Positions 39,070-49,214 of a stretch of DNA of 64,000 nucleotides are shown in pieces. The stretch covers positions 763-64,762 of the forward strand of contig JAIFWI010000002.1 in the NCBI GenBank assembly GCA_019661945.1, written 5' to 3'. The stretch's first letter is position 1, and every line of letters starts with the position of its first letter. The DNA comes from Candidatus Parcubacteria bacterium. GTDB lineage: Bacteria; Patescibacteriota; Minisyncoccia; Phycocordibacterales; JAKAEA01. A model generated the notes under the pieces. It did no database searches and was not told the DNA's origin. It saw only the letters and a list, made by a program, of their open reading frames with translations. The translations under genes and the position numbers were made by a program.

Positions 39070-40665
39070 ATGAAAAACGCACTGATATCCGTGTATCGCA
39101 AGGATGGCATCGTCGAATTTGCCCGAGCACTCATGGAGCTCGGCTTCACGATCTACGCCTCGGGTGGGACGTACAAGCATCTCGCAGAACATGGCATCGA
39201 GACTCTGCCTGTGGCGAATCTCGTCGGCGGCGGAGCCATTCTCGATCATCGAGTGGTGACCCTGTCGCGTGAAGTTCACGCCGGACTTCTGGCCAGGAAT
39301 ACGCCAGAGGACATCGGCGAATTGGTCAGCCTGGCCATTCCACGCATTGACCTGGTATGTGTTGATCTCTATCCATTGGAAAAGGAGATCGCCAAGCCCG
39401 GCAGCACGCGTGACTCAGTCATCGAGATGACCGACATCGGCGGCCCGACCATGATTCGCTCTGGTGCTAAGGGCGCTCGAGTGGTCATCTGCGATCCGCA
39501 GGATCGGGACGAGGTCATCGCTTGGCTTCGAGCCGGTGAACCGGAGAATGGGTTTGTCGAAGATCTCGGTGCAAAAGGTGAATTCACTGTCGCCGGGTAT
39601 TGCATGGCTTCGGCTAGATACCTAAGCGGCGGTAAATACGAAGGATTTTTCGGTAAGCGTGTTGCGGTCTGTAAGTACGGCGAGAACGCCTGGCAGGCAC
39701 CGGCGCATCTTTATTCGACGGGCAGCGATGATCCACTGGCAATCGACAATTTTGCTGTGGTTGACGGAGCACCCCCGAGCTATAACAATTGGGTCGACAT
39801 CGACCGCTTGCTCCAGACACTGACGCACATTGGCAGGGTATACTCACTCAATCAAGGTGTCGACACAGCTATTGCTGTTGGCGCTAAGCACGGCAATGCA
39901 TGCGGTGTGGCAGTCGGATCAGACCGCGTGGATATTGTCGCCAGGATGATGGCTGGTGATCCACTGGCAATCTTTGGCGGACTGGTCATGACAAACTTTG
40001 AAGTGACTGAAATCTCAGGCCAGGTCCTTGTCGGTAAAATGCTGGATGGCATCATTGCTCCATCATTTACCCCGGCTGCGATAGACATGCTTCGCCGCAA
40101 AGGCGACAGATGTCGGTTCATCGTGAACCCGGCACTCACTGCTTCAAGCAATAGTTTGGATCAAGCGCCGCGTTTCCGCTATGTTCGCGGCGGTTTCCTT
40201 GTCCAGCCGAATTATACGTTCGTGCCGGAGTTTTACATTTCACCACTGGAACACAAGTCCGTGAGTGGAATCGTAAAATATGGCTCGGCTACTGCAAAGC
40301 AAGAAACGGACATGATGCTTGCCTGGGCTATCGGTTCGACCAGTAATAGCAATACGATCACGCTTGTGAAAAATAAGCAGCTCATCGGCAATGGCGTCGG
40401 TCAGCAAGATCGTGTCGGCGCAGCCGAGCTTGCCATAAGGAAGGCTCATCGTGCCGGACATGATGTGACTGATGCTGTGGCCTACAGTGATTCGTTCTTC
40501 CCATTCCCTGATGGACCGCAAAAGCTCATTGAAGCTGGCGTTAGAGCCATCTTCACGAGTAGCGGTTCGGTCAGAGACCGGGAAACGATTGATCTTTGTG
40601 CAAAACACAACGTCGCACTCTACATGATTCCTGATCAAATCGGCCGAGGGTTCTTCGGTCACTAG
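39070..40665 (+). CDS. purH: Bifunctional AICAR transformylase / IMP cyclohydrolase PurH in a GC-rich island
   Basis: MGS-like N-terminus KNALISVYRKDGIVEFARAL...ASGGT; AICARFT domain; AGGAG RBS 4 nt upstream of the ATG at 39070. Confidence 0.85.
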   Translation: MKNALISVYRKDGIVEFARALMELGFTIYASGGTYKHLAEHGIETLPVANLVGGGAILDHRVVTLSREVHAGLLARNTPEDIGELVSLAIPRIDLVCVDLYPLEKEIAKPGSTRDSVIEMTDIGGPTMIRSGAKGARVVICDPQDRDEVIAWLRAGEPENGFVEDLGAKGEFTVAGYCMASARYLSGGKYEGFFGKRVAVCKYGENAWQAPAHLYSTGSDDPLAIDNFAVVDGAPPSYNNWVDIDRLLQTLTHIGRVYSLNQGVDTAIAVGAKHGNACGVAVGSDRVDIVARMMAGDPLAIFGGLVMTNFEVTEISGQVLVGKMLDGIIAPSFTPAAIDMLRRKGDRCRFIVNPALTASSNSLDQAPRFRYVRGGFLVQPNYTFVPEFYISPLEHKSVSGIVKYGSATAKQETDMMLAWAIGSTSNSNTITLVKNKQLIGNGVGQQDRVGAAELAIRKAHRAGHDVTDAVAYSDSFFPFPDGPQKLIEAGVRAIFTSSGSVRDRETIDLCAKHNVALYMIPDQIGRGFFGH

Positions 40666-40681
40666 TTCTTAGGCGAAACGC

Positions 40682-40707
40682 AATACTCCAGGTGGAGTAT
40701 TTTTTTA
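40682..40707 (+). terminator. Rho-independent terminator (aatactcca gg tggagtatt ttttt)
   Basis: Read directly. Confidence 0.5.
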
Positions 40708-41076
40708 TTGTCATTTAAGTTTAATCCAAAAATAGATGAAGCCCTACAACAAACAAATGTGTTGTAGGGCTCCAGGTTGGACCGCTTGTTTTCTCTTCAG
40801 TGGTAATGAGGTGCGGTAAGCTCAGTACCAACGGGCAGGGATTGCCTGCCGGTGCGTCGGGTCTCTACCAGCTGCGCAGTGCGCAGGACGAGGCCGGCTT
40901 GGCCTGCGGGCTGGCTCGTGAGTGCATCATCGGATTTCTCCTCTGATCTGAGCGCGGATTACATGCTTATATACCAGCATGCTCGGTAGCCCCATGAAGG
41001 GCAATCTGTCCTGCCCATAATATTAACTCAACCTTAAAATTTATCAAGCTTATTCCGATTTGCTATACTTATCCAT

Positions 41077-41496
41077 ATGAAAATCTACATTGCTGCGCCG
41101 CTCTTTAATGATATTGAGAAAAAACGAAATGTTGAAATCCGTGACTATTTACAAGGCTTAGGATTTGAAACGTATCTGCCGCAAGAAGATGGCAGCGTGG
41201 CCTTTGATCGAATTAAATCAGGTGAGGAAAGAAGTAAGGTCAGAACAGTGGTATTCGAAAACGATATCAAGGCCATTAAAGAATGTGATGCGATGCTCTG
41301 TGTTCTTGATGGCCGAGTGCCGGATGAAGGAATGTGTATTGAACTAGGTATGGCATATATCCTCGGTAAAAAATGTATTGGCTATAAAACAGATCAGAGA
41401 AGTTTTGATAAATTTGGAGATAATTTAATGATTGAAGGATGTCTTGAAACAATTATCCATTCAAAAGAAGATTTAAAGGCAGCTTTTTCTCGTTGA
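41077..41496 (+). CDS. Nucleoside 2-deoxyribosyltransferase family protein
   Basis: MKIYIAAPLFN N-terminus and CIELGMAYILGKK nucleophile-region pattern. Confidence 0.7.
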   Translation: MKIYIAAPLFNDIEKKRNVEIRDYLQGLGFETYLPQEDGSVAFDRIKSGEERSKVRTVVFENDIKAIKECDAMLCVLDGRVPDEGMCIELGMAYILGKKCIGYKTDQRSFDKFGDNLMIEGCLETIIHSKEDLKAAFSR

Positions 41497-41527
41497 GATA
41501 TTTGGCCATTTATACTATGATAGCTCT

Positions 41528-42982
41528 ATGTCAACCAATCCCGACGACAAGATAGTCGAAAAGAAAATTACTCCTAGAGCCGAAGATTATTCCCAGTGGT
41601 ATCTCGATATTATTGCAGCTGCAGACCTAGCTGACTATGGCCCGGTCAAAGGGACCATGGTCATTAAACCCTATGGCTATGCTATTTGGGAGGCGACTCA
41701 GAAAATTCTTGACGAAAAATTCAAAGAAACAGGCGTTCAAAATGCCTATTTCCCGATGCTCATCCCTGAAAAACTTTTGAAGAAGGAAGAAAAACATGTC
41801 GAAGGCTTTGCTCCAGAAGTGGCGGTAGTGACACATGCTGGAGGTAAGAAACTTGATGAGCCGTTGGTCATTCGTCCGACATCAGAAACGGTGATATATG
41901 ATGTCTTTTCAAATTGGATTAGATCGTACCGTGATTTACCACTTCTCATTAATCAATGGGCCAATGTAGTACGCTGGGAACTTCGAACCAGACTCTTTTT
42001 ACGAACGACAGAATTTTTGTGGCAGGAAGGACATACCGTCCATGAGACAGAACAAGAAGCAGACGAGCGAGCAAGAAACATGATTGATATTTACCAAGAT
42101 TTTGCCGAAAATTATATGGCTATTCCGGTTATGATCGGTACCAAAACAGAGGCAGAAAAATTTGCCGGCGCGCTTCGAACCTACTGTGTCGAAGCAATGA
42201 TGCAAGACGGTAAGGCATTGCAATACTCAACATCGCACAACCTCGGTCAGAATTTTGCCAAAGTATTTGATGTGAAATTTTTGGATCGAAATAATACCGA
42301 GCAGTTTGGCTGGCAGACAAGTTGGGGATTGAGTACCCGAACTATTGGAGGTCTTATTATGGTTCACAGTGATGATAAGGGCTTAGTCATGCCACCCAAA
42401 ATTGCTTCAATTCAAGCAATCATTACCACAATCGTACCTTCAGAAAAAGATGCGGAGACTGTTGTCTCGAAAGCTCAAGAGGTTAATAACATGTTGAAAG
42501 CTGCCGGTATTAAATCACAGGCCGACATTCGAGACTTGCGGCCAGGGGAAAAATATTTTGAATGGGAAAAGAAAGGCGTGCCAATTCGCATTGAACTTGG
42601 TCCAAAGGATATTGCCAATGACTCTGCTATGCTCGTTCGCCGTGATACTGGTGAGAAAATAAAAACACCATTGAATACGTTGGCTGAAACGGTTATGAAT
42701 CTGTTAGGAGACATTCAAAAGAATTTATATGACCGAGCGCTTGAATACCAAAAAGCTAAAACGAAGCATGTTGATACCTGGGATGATTTTGTCAAAGCCA
42801 TTGATGAAGGCAACTTTGTCTGGGCACACTGGTCAGGCGAGGCTGATGTTGAAGCGAAAATTAAAGAAGAGACTGGCGCCACTATTCGCTGCATACCATT
42901 TGACGCGCTGGAAGAGCAGGGCGTATGTATTAAATCCGGTAAACCATCGACAATGCGTGTAGTTTTCGCCAAAGCGTATTAA
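41528..42982 (+). CDS. proS: Prolyl-tRNA synthetase (archaeal/eukaryote-like type, no editing insert)
   Basis: 484 aa, class II motifs, C-terminal Zn-binding-like domain. Confidence 0.9.
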   Translation: MSTNPDDKIVEKKITPRAEDYSQWYLDIIAAADLADYGPVKGTMVIKPYGYAIWEATQKILDEKFKETGVQNAYFPMLIPEKLLKKEEKHVEGFAPEVAVVTHAGGKKLDEPLVIRPTSETVIYDVFSNWIRSYRDLPLLINQWANVVRWELRTRLFLRTTEFLWQEGHTVHETEQEADERARNMIDIYQDFAENYMAIPVMIGTKTEAEKFAGALRTYCVEAMMQDGKALQYSTSHNLGQNFAKVFDVKFLDRNNTEQFGWQTSWGLSTRTIGGLIMVHSDDKGLVMPPKIASIQAIITTIVPSEKDAETVVSKAQEVNNMLKAAGIKSQADIRDLRPGEKYFEWEKKGVPIRIELGPKDIANDSAMLVRRDTGEKIKTPLNTLAETVMNLLGDIQKNLYDRALEYQKAKTKHVDTWDDFVKAIDEGNFVWAHWSGEADVEAKIKEETGATIRCIPFDALEEQGVCIKSGKPSTMRVVFAKAY

Positions 42983-43055
42983 AAGGGTTACTAATTTATA
43001 TAGTCTTTATTTTTCGATAAGAATTATTTTATCTCGTATTGGGCATGATTGAAGC

Positions 43056-43682
43056 ATGCCTAAGAAAACAATTATCACTTTTGGTGCGATCATCGCACTT
43101 GGAATTATTAGCGGGGTTGCACTAGCTGGGATTATTGATACAGCTAAATCTAAAAAATTACCAGAAGCAATCACTGCTTCTGTCATTCAAGCTCAAAAAC
43201 TGGCTCAAGCAGCGGCTACTTCAGAACCAAAGCCAACTCAACCCGTACCACCCATAAATGCTAATCCGCAGAATACTTCAAGCGCAGGAAATTCAAATGC
43301 TACCTATATTATATGCATGCCGATGATTACGTCGCCGAATAGTACAGTGTATGCCACATCATCAGTCTACTCAGCTACTGCCGTTAATAAATTGCCGGCT
43401 CAAATTCAACAGGTGATAAATAGTATCCCTCTACCGTCAGGAGGATCCGGTTCGCAAACAGCTGTTCCGGAACAAAATACTTCAAATACATCAAACACGC
43501 CAACACCAACTCCAACATCTGGTTCTTCACAATACATGTGCGAAGTCGATAGCTATAACTGTTCAGACTTTACCACTCAGGCTGAAGCGCAGAAAGTTTT
43601 TGACTCATGTGGGGGAGTCAGCAACGACATTCATCGTCTCGATGGCGATCACGATGGCCGCGTCTGTACCAGTTTGCGGTAA
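43056..43682 (+). CDS. Secreted low-complexity protein with a C-terminal Excalibur calcium-binding domain
   Basis: Signal/TM, S/T/P-rich, C-terminal CSDF...DGDHDGRVC. Confidence 0.65.
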   Translation: MPKKTIITFGAIIALGIISGVALAGIIDTAKSKKLPEAITASVIQAQKLAQAAATSEPKPTQPVPPINANPQNTSSAGNSNATYIICMPMITSPNSTVYATSSVYSATAVNKLPAQIQQVINSIPLPSGGSGSQTAVPEQNTSNTSNTPTPTPTSGSSQYMCEVDSYNCSDFTTQAEAQKVFDSCGGVSNDIHRLDGDHDGRVCTSLR

Positions 43683-43714
43683 CAGTATGTATTGCTGTAG
43701 AGTTACAGTAATAC

Positions 43715-44494
43715 ATGAAAGAATTCTTTGTCTTTGGTCTAAAAGAAGCCCAGGCGGCACTCTTTGCCGGATCATTTTTCACTCTGCTTTTTCTTTCGAA
43801 TCATATTCCACTTTTTGGCATCACTCGCTATGATTTCTTATTCGTCACGGCTGTTCTTATTCAACTTGTTCTTTATCTCACAGGACTTGAGACCAAGGAT
43901 GAGGTGAAAGTCATATTTCTCTTTCATATTATAGGTTTGATTCTTGAGCTGTATAAAACGCATCCAGCTGTCGGTTCATGGAGCTATCCTGAACCTGCTT
44001 TTTTCAAAATCAGCACCGTGCCGCTCTATAGCGGCTTTATGTATGCCGCTATCGGCAGTTATATCAGTCAGGCTTGGAAAATTTTTAAATTGGAGGTAAC
44101 GAATTATAATCACTACATTTGGAGCGTCGTACTCTGTATCCTTATTTATTTGAATTTTTTCACCAATCATTTTCTGCCTGATATTCGACTTATTCTTATT
44201 CCGGCAGTATTTATATTTTTCAGGAAAGTAGATGTCTATTTTACCGTGACAAAAAAGCGGAGAATGATGCCGTTGACCCTGTCATTTATCCTCATTGCCT
44301 TCTTCATCTGGATCGCTGAGAATATCTCAACCTTTTGGGGTGCTTGGCAATATCCTGATCAAGTTCATGTTTGGAATGTGGTTTCGACTCAAAAAATTAC
44401 TTCATGGTTTCTGATGGTTATTATCAGCTTTATTCTAGTGGCATACCTCAAGCACTTTAAAAAAGATGTATTGAAAATTGCCCCCTCTGAATGA
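43715..44494 (+). CDS. Polytopic hypothetical membrane protein
   Basis: 259 aa, about 7 TM. Confidence 0.5.
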   Translation: MKEFFVFGLKEAQAALFAGSFFTLLFLSNHIPLFGITRYDFLFVTAVLIQLVLYLTGLETKDEVKVIFLFHIIGLILELYKTHPAVGSWSYPEPAFFKISTVPLYSGFMYAAIGSYISQAWKIFKLEVTNYNHYIWSVVLCILIYLNFFTNHFLPDIRLILIPAVFIFFRKVDVYFTVTKKRRMMPLTLSFILIAFFIWIAENISTFWGAWQYPDQVHVWNVVSTQKITSWFLMVIISFILVAYLKHFKKDVLKIAPSE

Positions 44495-44574
44495 TCTCTT
44501 GCTTTCGAGTAATTTTTATGTAGTATTGTTGTTGGAATCATTGGTGAGGACTTCTCAACAAGAAGGGAGCGACA

Positions 44575-44964
44575 ATGGTCCTGACAAGGCTACAGCTTGA
44601 ACTTTTGAGGCAAGGCTTTGATCAAGCAGAGAATAACAAGGAGGCTTGGCAGGCAGTTTTCCAGGCTGTTGGTATGAATTTTGTTGGGTGCACGCTTCGA
44701 CAGCAAGGGTTTGATTCGCGTCAGTACAAAGTTGTGCAAATGGTTCTTACTGCCAACTCTTGCATATTCTTCATGAAACCTTTCTATGAAGAGTGCAAGT
44801 ATACACGCGAGGCTCTGTGTCATTTCCAGAACATGGAATTTAACCTCAACCGATACAAGCCTGGTCTCATAAGGCATGAAATCATTCTCGGATGTCCTCC
44901 AGGTTATGGCTACGGTGAACAAAACAGTATGTACCTTGCTTTTGATGTAAGCTCAGAGTCGTAA
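44575..44964 (+). CDS. Hypothetical protein
   Basis: 129 aa, aagggag RBS; no motif recognised. Confidence 0.4.
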   Translation: MVLTRLQLELLRQGFDQAENNKEAWQAVFQAVGMNFVGCTLRQQGFDSRQYKVVQMVLTANSCIFFMKPFYEECKYTREALCHFQNMEFNLNRYKPGLIRHEIILGCPPGYGYGEQNSMYLAFDVSSES

Positions 44965-45012
44965 GACCTCCGAGCTTTTTTTATATCAAAAAATTAAGGA
45001 TATAATGCATGA

Positions 45013-45255
45013 ATGACCTATTTTGTTTATATTCTTGAATGCGCCGATAAAACGCTTTACGTCGGTTGTACCAATAATTTAGAGAAAAGAATACTTCAGC
45101 ATAATACCTCCAAACAAGGCGCGCACTATACAAAAATTCGAAGACCAGTAATATTACGGTATTCTGAGAAGTTTCCAAACTTGAAGCTTGCTCGCGCCCG
45201 CGAAGCGGAAATAAAAAGGTGGGATAGGAAGAAGAAATTAAATCTTTTCAATTAA
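45013..45255 (+). CDS. Small GIY-YIG nuclease family protein (second copy)
   Basis: FVYILECADKTLYVGCTNNLEKRILQHN. Confidence 0.8.
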   Translation: MTYFVYILECADKTLYVGCTNNLEKRILQHNTSKQGAHYTKIRRPVILRYSEKFPNLKLARAREAEIKRWDRKKKLNLFN

Positions 45256-45281
45256 AAAACCCGTACTCCAACAGGTTTCTG

Positions 45282-45854
45282 TTAAAGTGCGGGTATAGGT
45301 TTTTCAACCGCGCGCAGGTTCAGCACGACCAACAACGTGTTGAAGATAATGCTGCTGACCGGAAAAGCGCGGTCCTGAATCGTCCAAGCCTTGGCGGTTA
45401 TAAGTGTGACTACCGCTGCGATGGTGATTATTGCCCAGACCCACCAGGTCGTCGGATCAGGTTGCTTCCAGAGGTCGCAGAGCAGGGGAATGGATGCGAG
45501 CCACATTGCGATAATGCAGGCAATGACTGCCCCCTTAGGCGCGCTGTAGTATCGAAGCAGCATGGCAACTGCCGCGCCGACAGCGCAGATCGTCTCGACA
45601 TAGCCCCATGACCATTTGCCTTTGCTGAGCAGAATGATGCTGATGAACACGCTGCCGAGGGTGAATCCAGCTGAGAGCCAGATATCCTTGTTTCCGGCAG
45701 CGAACATACTGAGGGTGATGACGAAGCTGAGAACTCCCCACATGAGCCAGGTGGCAACATTCATGGGGGTGTTGCTCTTCAGTAACTTAATCCCAAAAGG
45801 GATAAGGACGATACTTGGCGTCAATCCAGCAATCACTCCAAGATTTATTTCCAT
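45282..45854 (-). CDS. Hypothetical polytopic membrane protein in a GC-rich island
   Basis: Start at MEINLGV with GGAGGT RBS; GC-rich with ORFs in several frames. Confidence 0.5.
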   Translation of the reverse strand: MEINLGVIAGLTPSIVLIPFGIKLLKSNTPMNVATWLMWGVLSFVITLSMFAAGNKDIWLSAGFTLGSVFISIILLSKGKWSWGYVETICAVGAAVAMLLRYYSAPKGAVIACIIAMWLASIPLLCDLWKQPDPTTWWVWAIITIAAVVTLITAKAWTIQDRAFPVSSIIFNTLLVVLNLRAVEKPIPAL

Positions 45855-45941
45855 GGGACCTCCGAGGTTGGTGACAAGGTTCAAGCGGTACAAAACCTCG
45901 GCTAGTATGTCATATATCGTAAATTTGTGCTATAAAGTGTC

Positions 45942-46790
45942 ATGGCAAAAATCTTGGACGGTAAAAAAGTAAGCAGCGAACGCGCCGCAGAACTTGTAAA
46001 AAAGATTCAAAAACTTTCAGTTGAGCCGAAACTCATCATTATCCAAGTCGGTGATTTAAAAGAATCTAATACCTACATTAAACATAAAATAGATTTTGCT
46101 AAAAAAGTTGGTATCATTACCGAGCATAAAAAATATCAGGAGAACATATCCGAGCAGGAGGTTATAGCGGATATCCTGAAATATAATGCTGACCCGGCAA
46201 TTCATGGAGTTATTGTTCAATTGCCGTTGCCTAGAAACATACATACTGGTGAAATTGTTGAGTCTATTGATCCTAAAAAAGATGTTGATTGTTTGACATC
46301 AAAAAACATTAAACTTCTTTTTGATGAGACTGAAGCTATTCTGCCAGCAACAACCAAAGGTATTGTTACACTACTTCAGTATTATGATATTGATCTTAAG
46401 GGTAAAAGAGTAACGATGATTGGAGAATCTTCCTTGGTTGGCCGGCCAACAACACTAGCTCTTCTTAACCGGATGGCAACAGTTACTGTTTGTCATACCC
46501 ACACTGTCCAATTGAAGGAAGAAACAAAGCGGGCTGATATTCTTATTGTAGCTGCAGGCTCCCCAGGCTTAATTACTCCAAAACATGTTTCAAAGAATCA
46601 AATAATCATTGATGTTGGCATTACGGTAAAGGGAAAAAATAAAATAGTGGGGGATGTTGAATATGAAAAAGTTAAAGATATGGTTCAGGCCATTACTCCC
46701 GTACCTGGCGGTGTCGGACCAATGACGGTATTGTCTCTTTTTGAAAATGTAGTTGATGCGGCTACTGCTCAACAAAAAACGATCCTTTAA
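45942..46790 (+). CDS. folD: Bifunctional methylene-THF dehydrogenase / methenyl-THF cyclohydrolase
   Basis: 282 aa; MAKILDGKKVS..., GRPT, PGGVGPMT. Confidence 0.9.
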   Translation: MAKILDGKKVSSERAAELVKKIQKLSVEPKLIIIQVGDLKESNTYIKHKIDFAKKVGIITEHKKYQENISEQEVIADILKYNADPAIHGVIVQLPLPRNIHTGEIVESIDPKKDVDCLTSKNIKLLFDETEAILPATTKGIVTLLQYYDIDLKGKRVTMIGESSLVGRPTTLALLNRMATVTVCHTHTVQLKEETKRADILIVAAGSPGLITPKHVSKNQIIIDVGITVKGKNKIVGDVEYEKVKDMVQAITPVPGGVGPMTVLSLFENVVDAATAQQKTIL

Positions 46791-46823
46791 AAATATTTTA
46801 CCTAGGTTTGATATACTGCCTGG

Positions 46824-48488
46824 ATGACGCAGAAAGAGGCTTTGGATATATTGAAACTTGGACATAATGTCTATTTAACCGGTTCGGCTGGCAGCGGCAA
46901 GACCTATCTTTTAAATGAGTATATAAAGTATTTAAAGGAGCATGATGTGGTTGTGGCTATAACCGCTTCGACTGGTATTGCCGCTAGTCACATGAATGGC
47001 GTGACGATTCACTCATGGTCCGGACTTGGGGTGCGTTCAAGCCTTTCTCCGTATGATTTAGAAGCCATGGAAGAGAAGCGGTACCTCTGGGATCGGTTTC
47101 AGAAAACAAAAGTTTTAATTATTGACGAGATTTCAATGCTTCATCATTATCGGCTCGACTTGGTGGATCAAGTGACCAGATTTTTTAAGCGAGCCGATGT
47201 GCCGTTTGGCGGCATGCAGGTCATATTATGCGGAGATTTTTTTCAGCTTCCGCCTGTTAGCCGAAATAATGAGCCACCAGCGCATTTTGCTTATCATTCC
47301 GATTCATGGAAAGGACTTGATTTAAAAGTATGTTATCTGACTGAATCACACCGCCACAATGACCAGAATTTTTTGTCAGTTTTGAATGCTATTCGCCAGA
47401 ATACTCTCACAGCTCACATTATTTCCCATCTCACGGGACGGTTTAATAAAGAACCGGCATATGAAATCCGGCCGACAAAATTATACACTCATAATATTGA
47501 TGTTGATGCTATTAATCAGGCCGAGCTCGAGAAAATTGAAGGTGTGCCATTTCGATATGGTATGACAGAAGAAGGTCGGCCGCCGCTTGTGGCTGCATTG
47601 AAAAGCAGTTGCTTGGCTCATGAAACCCTGACTCTTAAACGTGGCGCTCAAGTTATGTTTGTAAAAAATGATCCTGAAGGCAAATATGTTAATGGCACGT
47701 TGGGTACAGTTATTGAATGCAATCGGGAATATCCGGTAGTGAAAACTGTTCGAGGCGATAAAATTCGAGCCGAACCAGTTGAGTGGCGAATTGAAGAAGA
47801 GGGGAAGGTGAAAGCTAAAATTAAACAAGTGCCATTGCGCTTAGCCTGGGCCATTACAATCCACAAAAGTCAGGGCATGACTTTGGATGCGGCTGAAATT
47901 GATTTATCAAAATCGTTTGAAAAAGGCATGGGCTATGTTGCATTATCGCGGGTCAAATCTCTTGATGGTTTGAAGCTTTTAGGCCTTAACGACAATGCTC
48001 TCGAAATTAATGAAGAGATTTTAATGTTTGATGAAGATTTGCAAGTAGAATCAGAAAGAATTGCTGAGGCCCTCTCGAAGCTTGATCCAAAAGAGAAAGA
48101 AGAACTCCAACAAAAATTTCTGGCTCACATTTCACCGCGCGGCAAAGAAAAGAAACAGAAAAAAGTGAAAGGTGGCACCTATCTCGAAACAAAACGGATG
48201 ATTCTGGAAAAGATGTCTGTGAAAGATATTGCCGCGGCACGCAAACTTGGACAAGAAACTATTGTTGGGCATGTTGAGAAGTTATTATTGGAGGGCAGCC
48301 TTTCTCTATCAGATATTGAATATCTCAAATCAGCAATACCTCCAGACCGCCTAGCAACAATTCTGGCTGCATTTCATAAACTCAAAAAAATCCCCGAAGG
48401 GCATTACCTCGGTTCAGTTAAAACAATGCTACCGCCAGACTATACCTTTCAAGAAATTCGTTTAGCGAGATTGTTTATAAAAAAGTAG
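46824..48488 (+). CDS. PIF1/RecD-like SF1 helicase with C-terminal extension
   Basis: Walker A LTGSAGSGKTYLL, Walker B LIIDEISM, PIF1-type motifs. Confidence 0.8.
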   Translation: MTQKEALDILKLGHNVYLTGSAGSGKTYLLNEYIKYLKEHDVVVAITASTGIAASHMNGVTIHSWSGLGVRSSLSPYDLEAMEEKRYLWDRFQKTKVLIIDEISMLHHYRLDLVDQVTRFFKRADVPFGGMQVILCGDFFQLPPVSRNNEPPAHFAYHSDSWKGLDLKVCYLTESHRHNDQNFLSVLNAIRQNTLTAHIISHLTGRFNKEPAYEIRPTKLYTHNIDVDAINQAELEKIEGVPFRYGMTEEGRPPLVAALKSSCLAHETLTLKRGAQVMFVKNDPEGKYVNGTLGTVIECNREYPVVKTVRGDKIRAEPVEWRIEEEGKVKAKIKQVPLRLAWAITIHKSQGMTLDAAEIDLSKSFEKGMGYVALSRVKSLDGLKLLGLNDNALEINEEILMFDEDLQVESERIAEALSKLDPKEKEELQQKFLAHISPRGKEKKQKKVKGGTYLETKRMILEKMSVKDIAAARKLGQETIVGHVEKLLLEGSLSLSDIEYLKSAIPPDRLATILAAFHKLKKIPEGHYLGSVKTMLPPDYTFQEIRLARLFIKK

Positions 48489-48515
48489 CAGTTCATATAT
48501 ACTTTATACATATAC

Positions 48516-49160
48516 ATGCAGGTGACTTCTCTTCATAAAGATATAGATATATTACAGCTCATGCATGGTGACTCTTCACTGCGGTCTATTTATGGAGCAG
48601 GCTGTATCGAGAATCCAAAGGTAATGTTTGTCTTTATGAATCCTACAGCGCGGAATATTTCTGCCCATGTACACTGGAAAGGACTGCGGGCACCCTGGCT
48701 TGGCACAAAGAACGTCTGGAATATATTTCATGAATTGGGTTTAGTATCAAAAGATACATATGAGCGCATCAGAAATATAAAATCTGAAGAGTGGAGTGAG
48801 AATTTTTGCCATTCTGTTTACTCTGAATTAGAGAAACAAAAAGTCTTTGTCACTAATCTTGCAAAGTGTACTCAGTTAGACGCCAGACCCCTCAAGGATA
48901 CTATATTTAGAAATTATCTGGAGCTCATGTTAAAAGAAATTGCATTAATAAAGCCAAAGCATATTATCTCTTTTGGCAATCAAGTAAGCTCGATCTTATT
49001 GAGCAAACCTATATCAGTAAGTACATACAATGGAACTAAGGCAGAAGTGTTAACTATTGATGGTAGGAATTTCAACGTGTATCCTACATATTATCCTGTG
49101 GGTCAAGGCAGAAGGAATATGCCCCTAGCAATAAAAAGAATTAAAGGAATCTTAAAATAA
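48516..49160 (+). CDS. Uracil-DNA glycosylase superfamily protein
   Basis: VMFVFMNPTARN resembles the GxNPG motif A; YPV motif B-like; 214 aa. Confidence 0.45.
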   Translation: MQVTSLHKDIDILQLMHGDSSLRSIYGAGCIENPKVMFVFMNPTARNISAHVHWKGLRAPWLGTKNVWNIFHELGLVSKDTYERIRNIKSEEWSENFCHSVYSELEKQKVFVTNLAKCTQLDARPLKDTIFRNYLELMLKEIALIKPKHIISFGNQVSSILLSKPISVSTYNGTKAEVLTIDGRNFNVYPTYYPVGQGRRNMPLAIKRIKGILK

Positions 49161-49214
49161 TTACATTCACCCTAATATTGCCTTTCGAATTATATCAGTA
49201 TATACTTATACATC

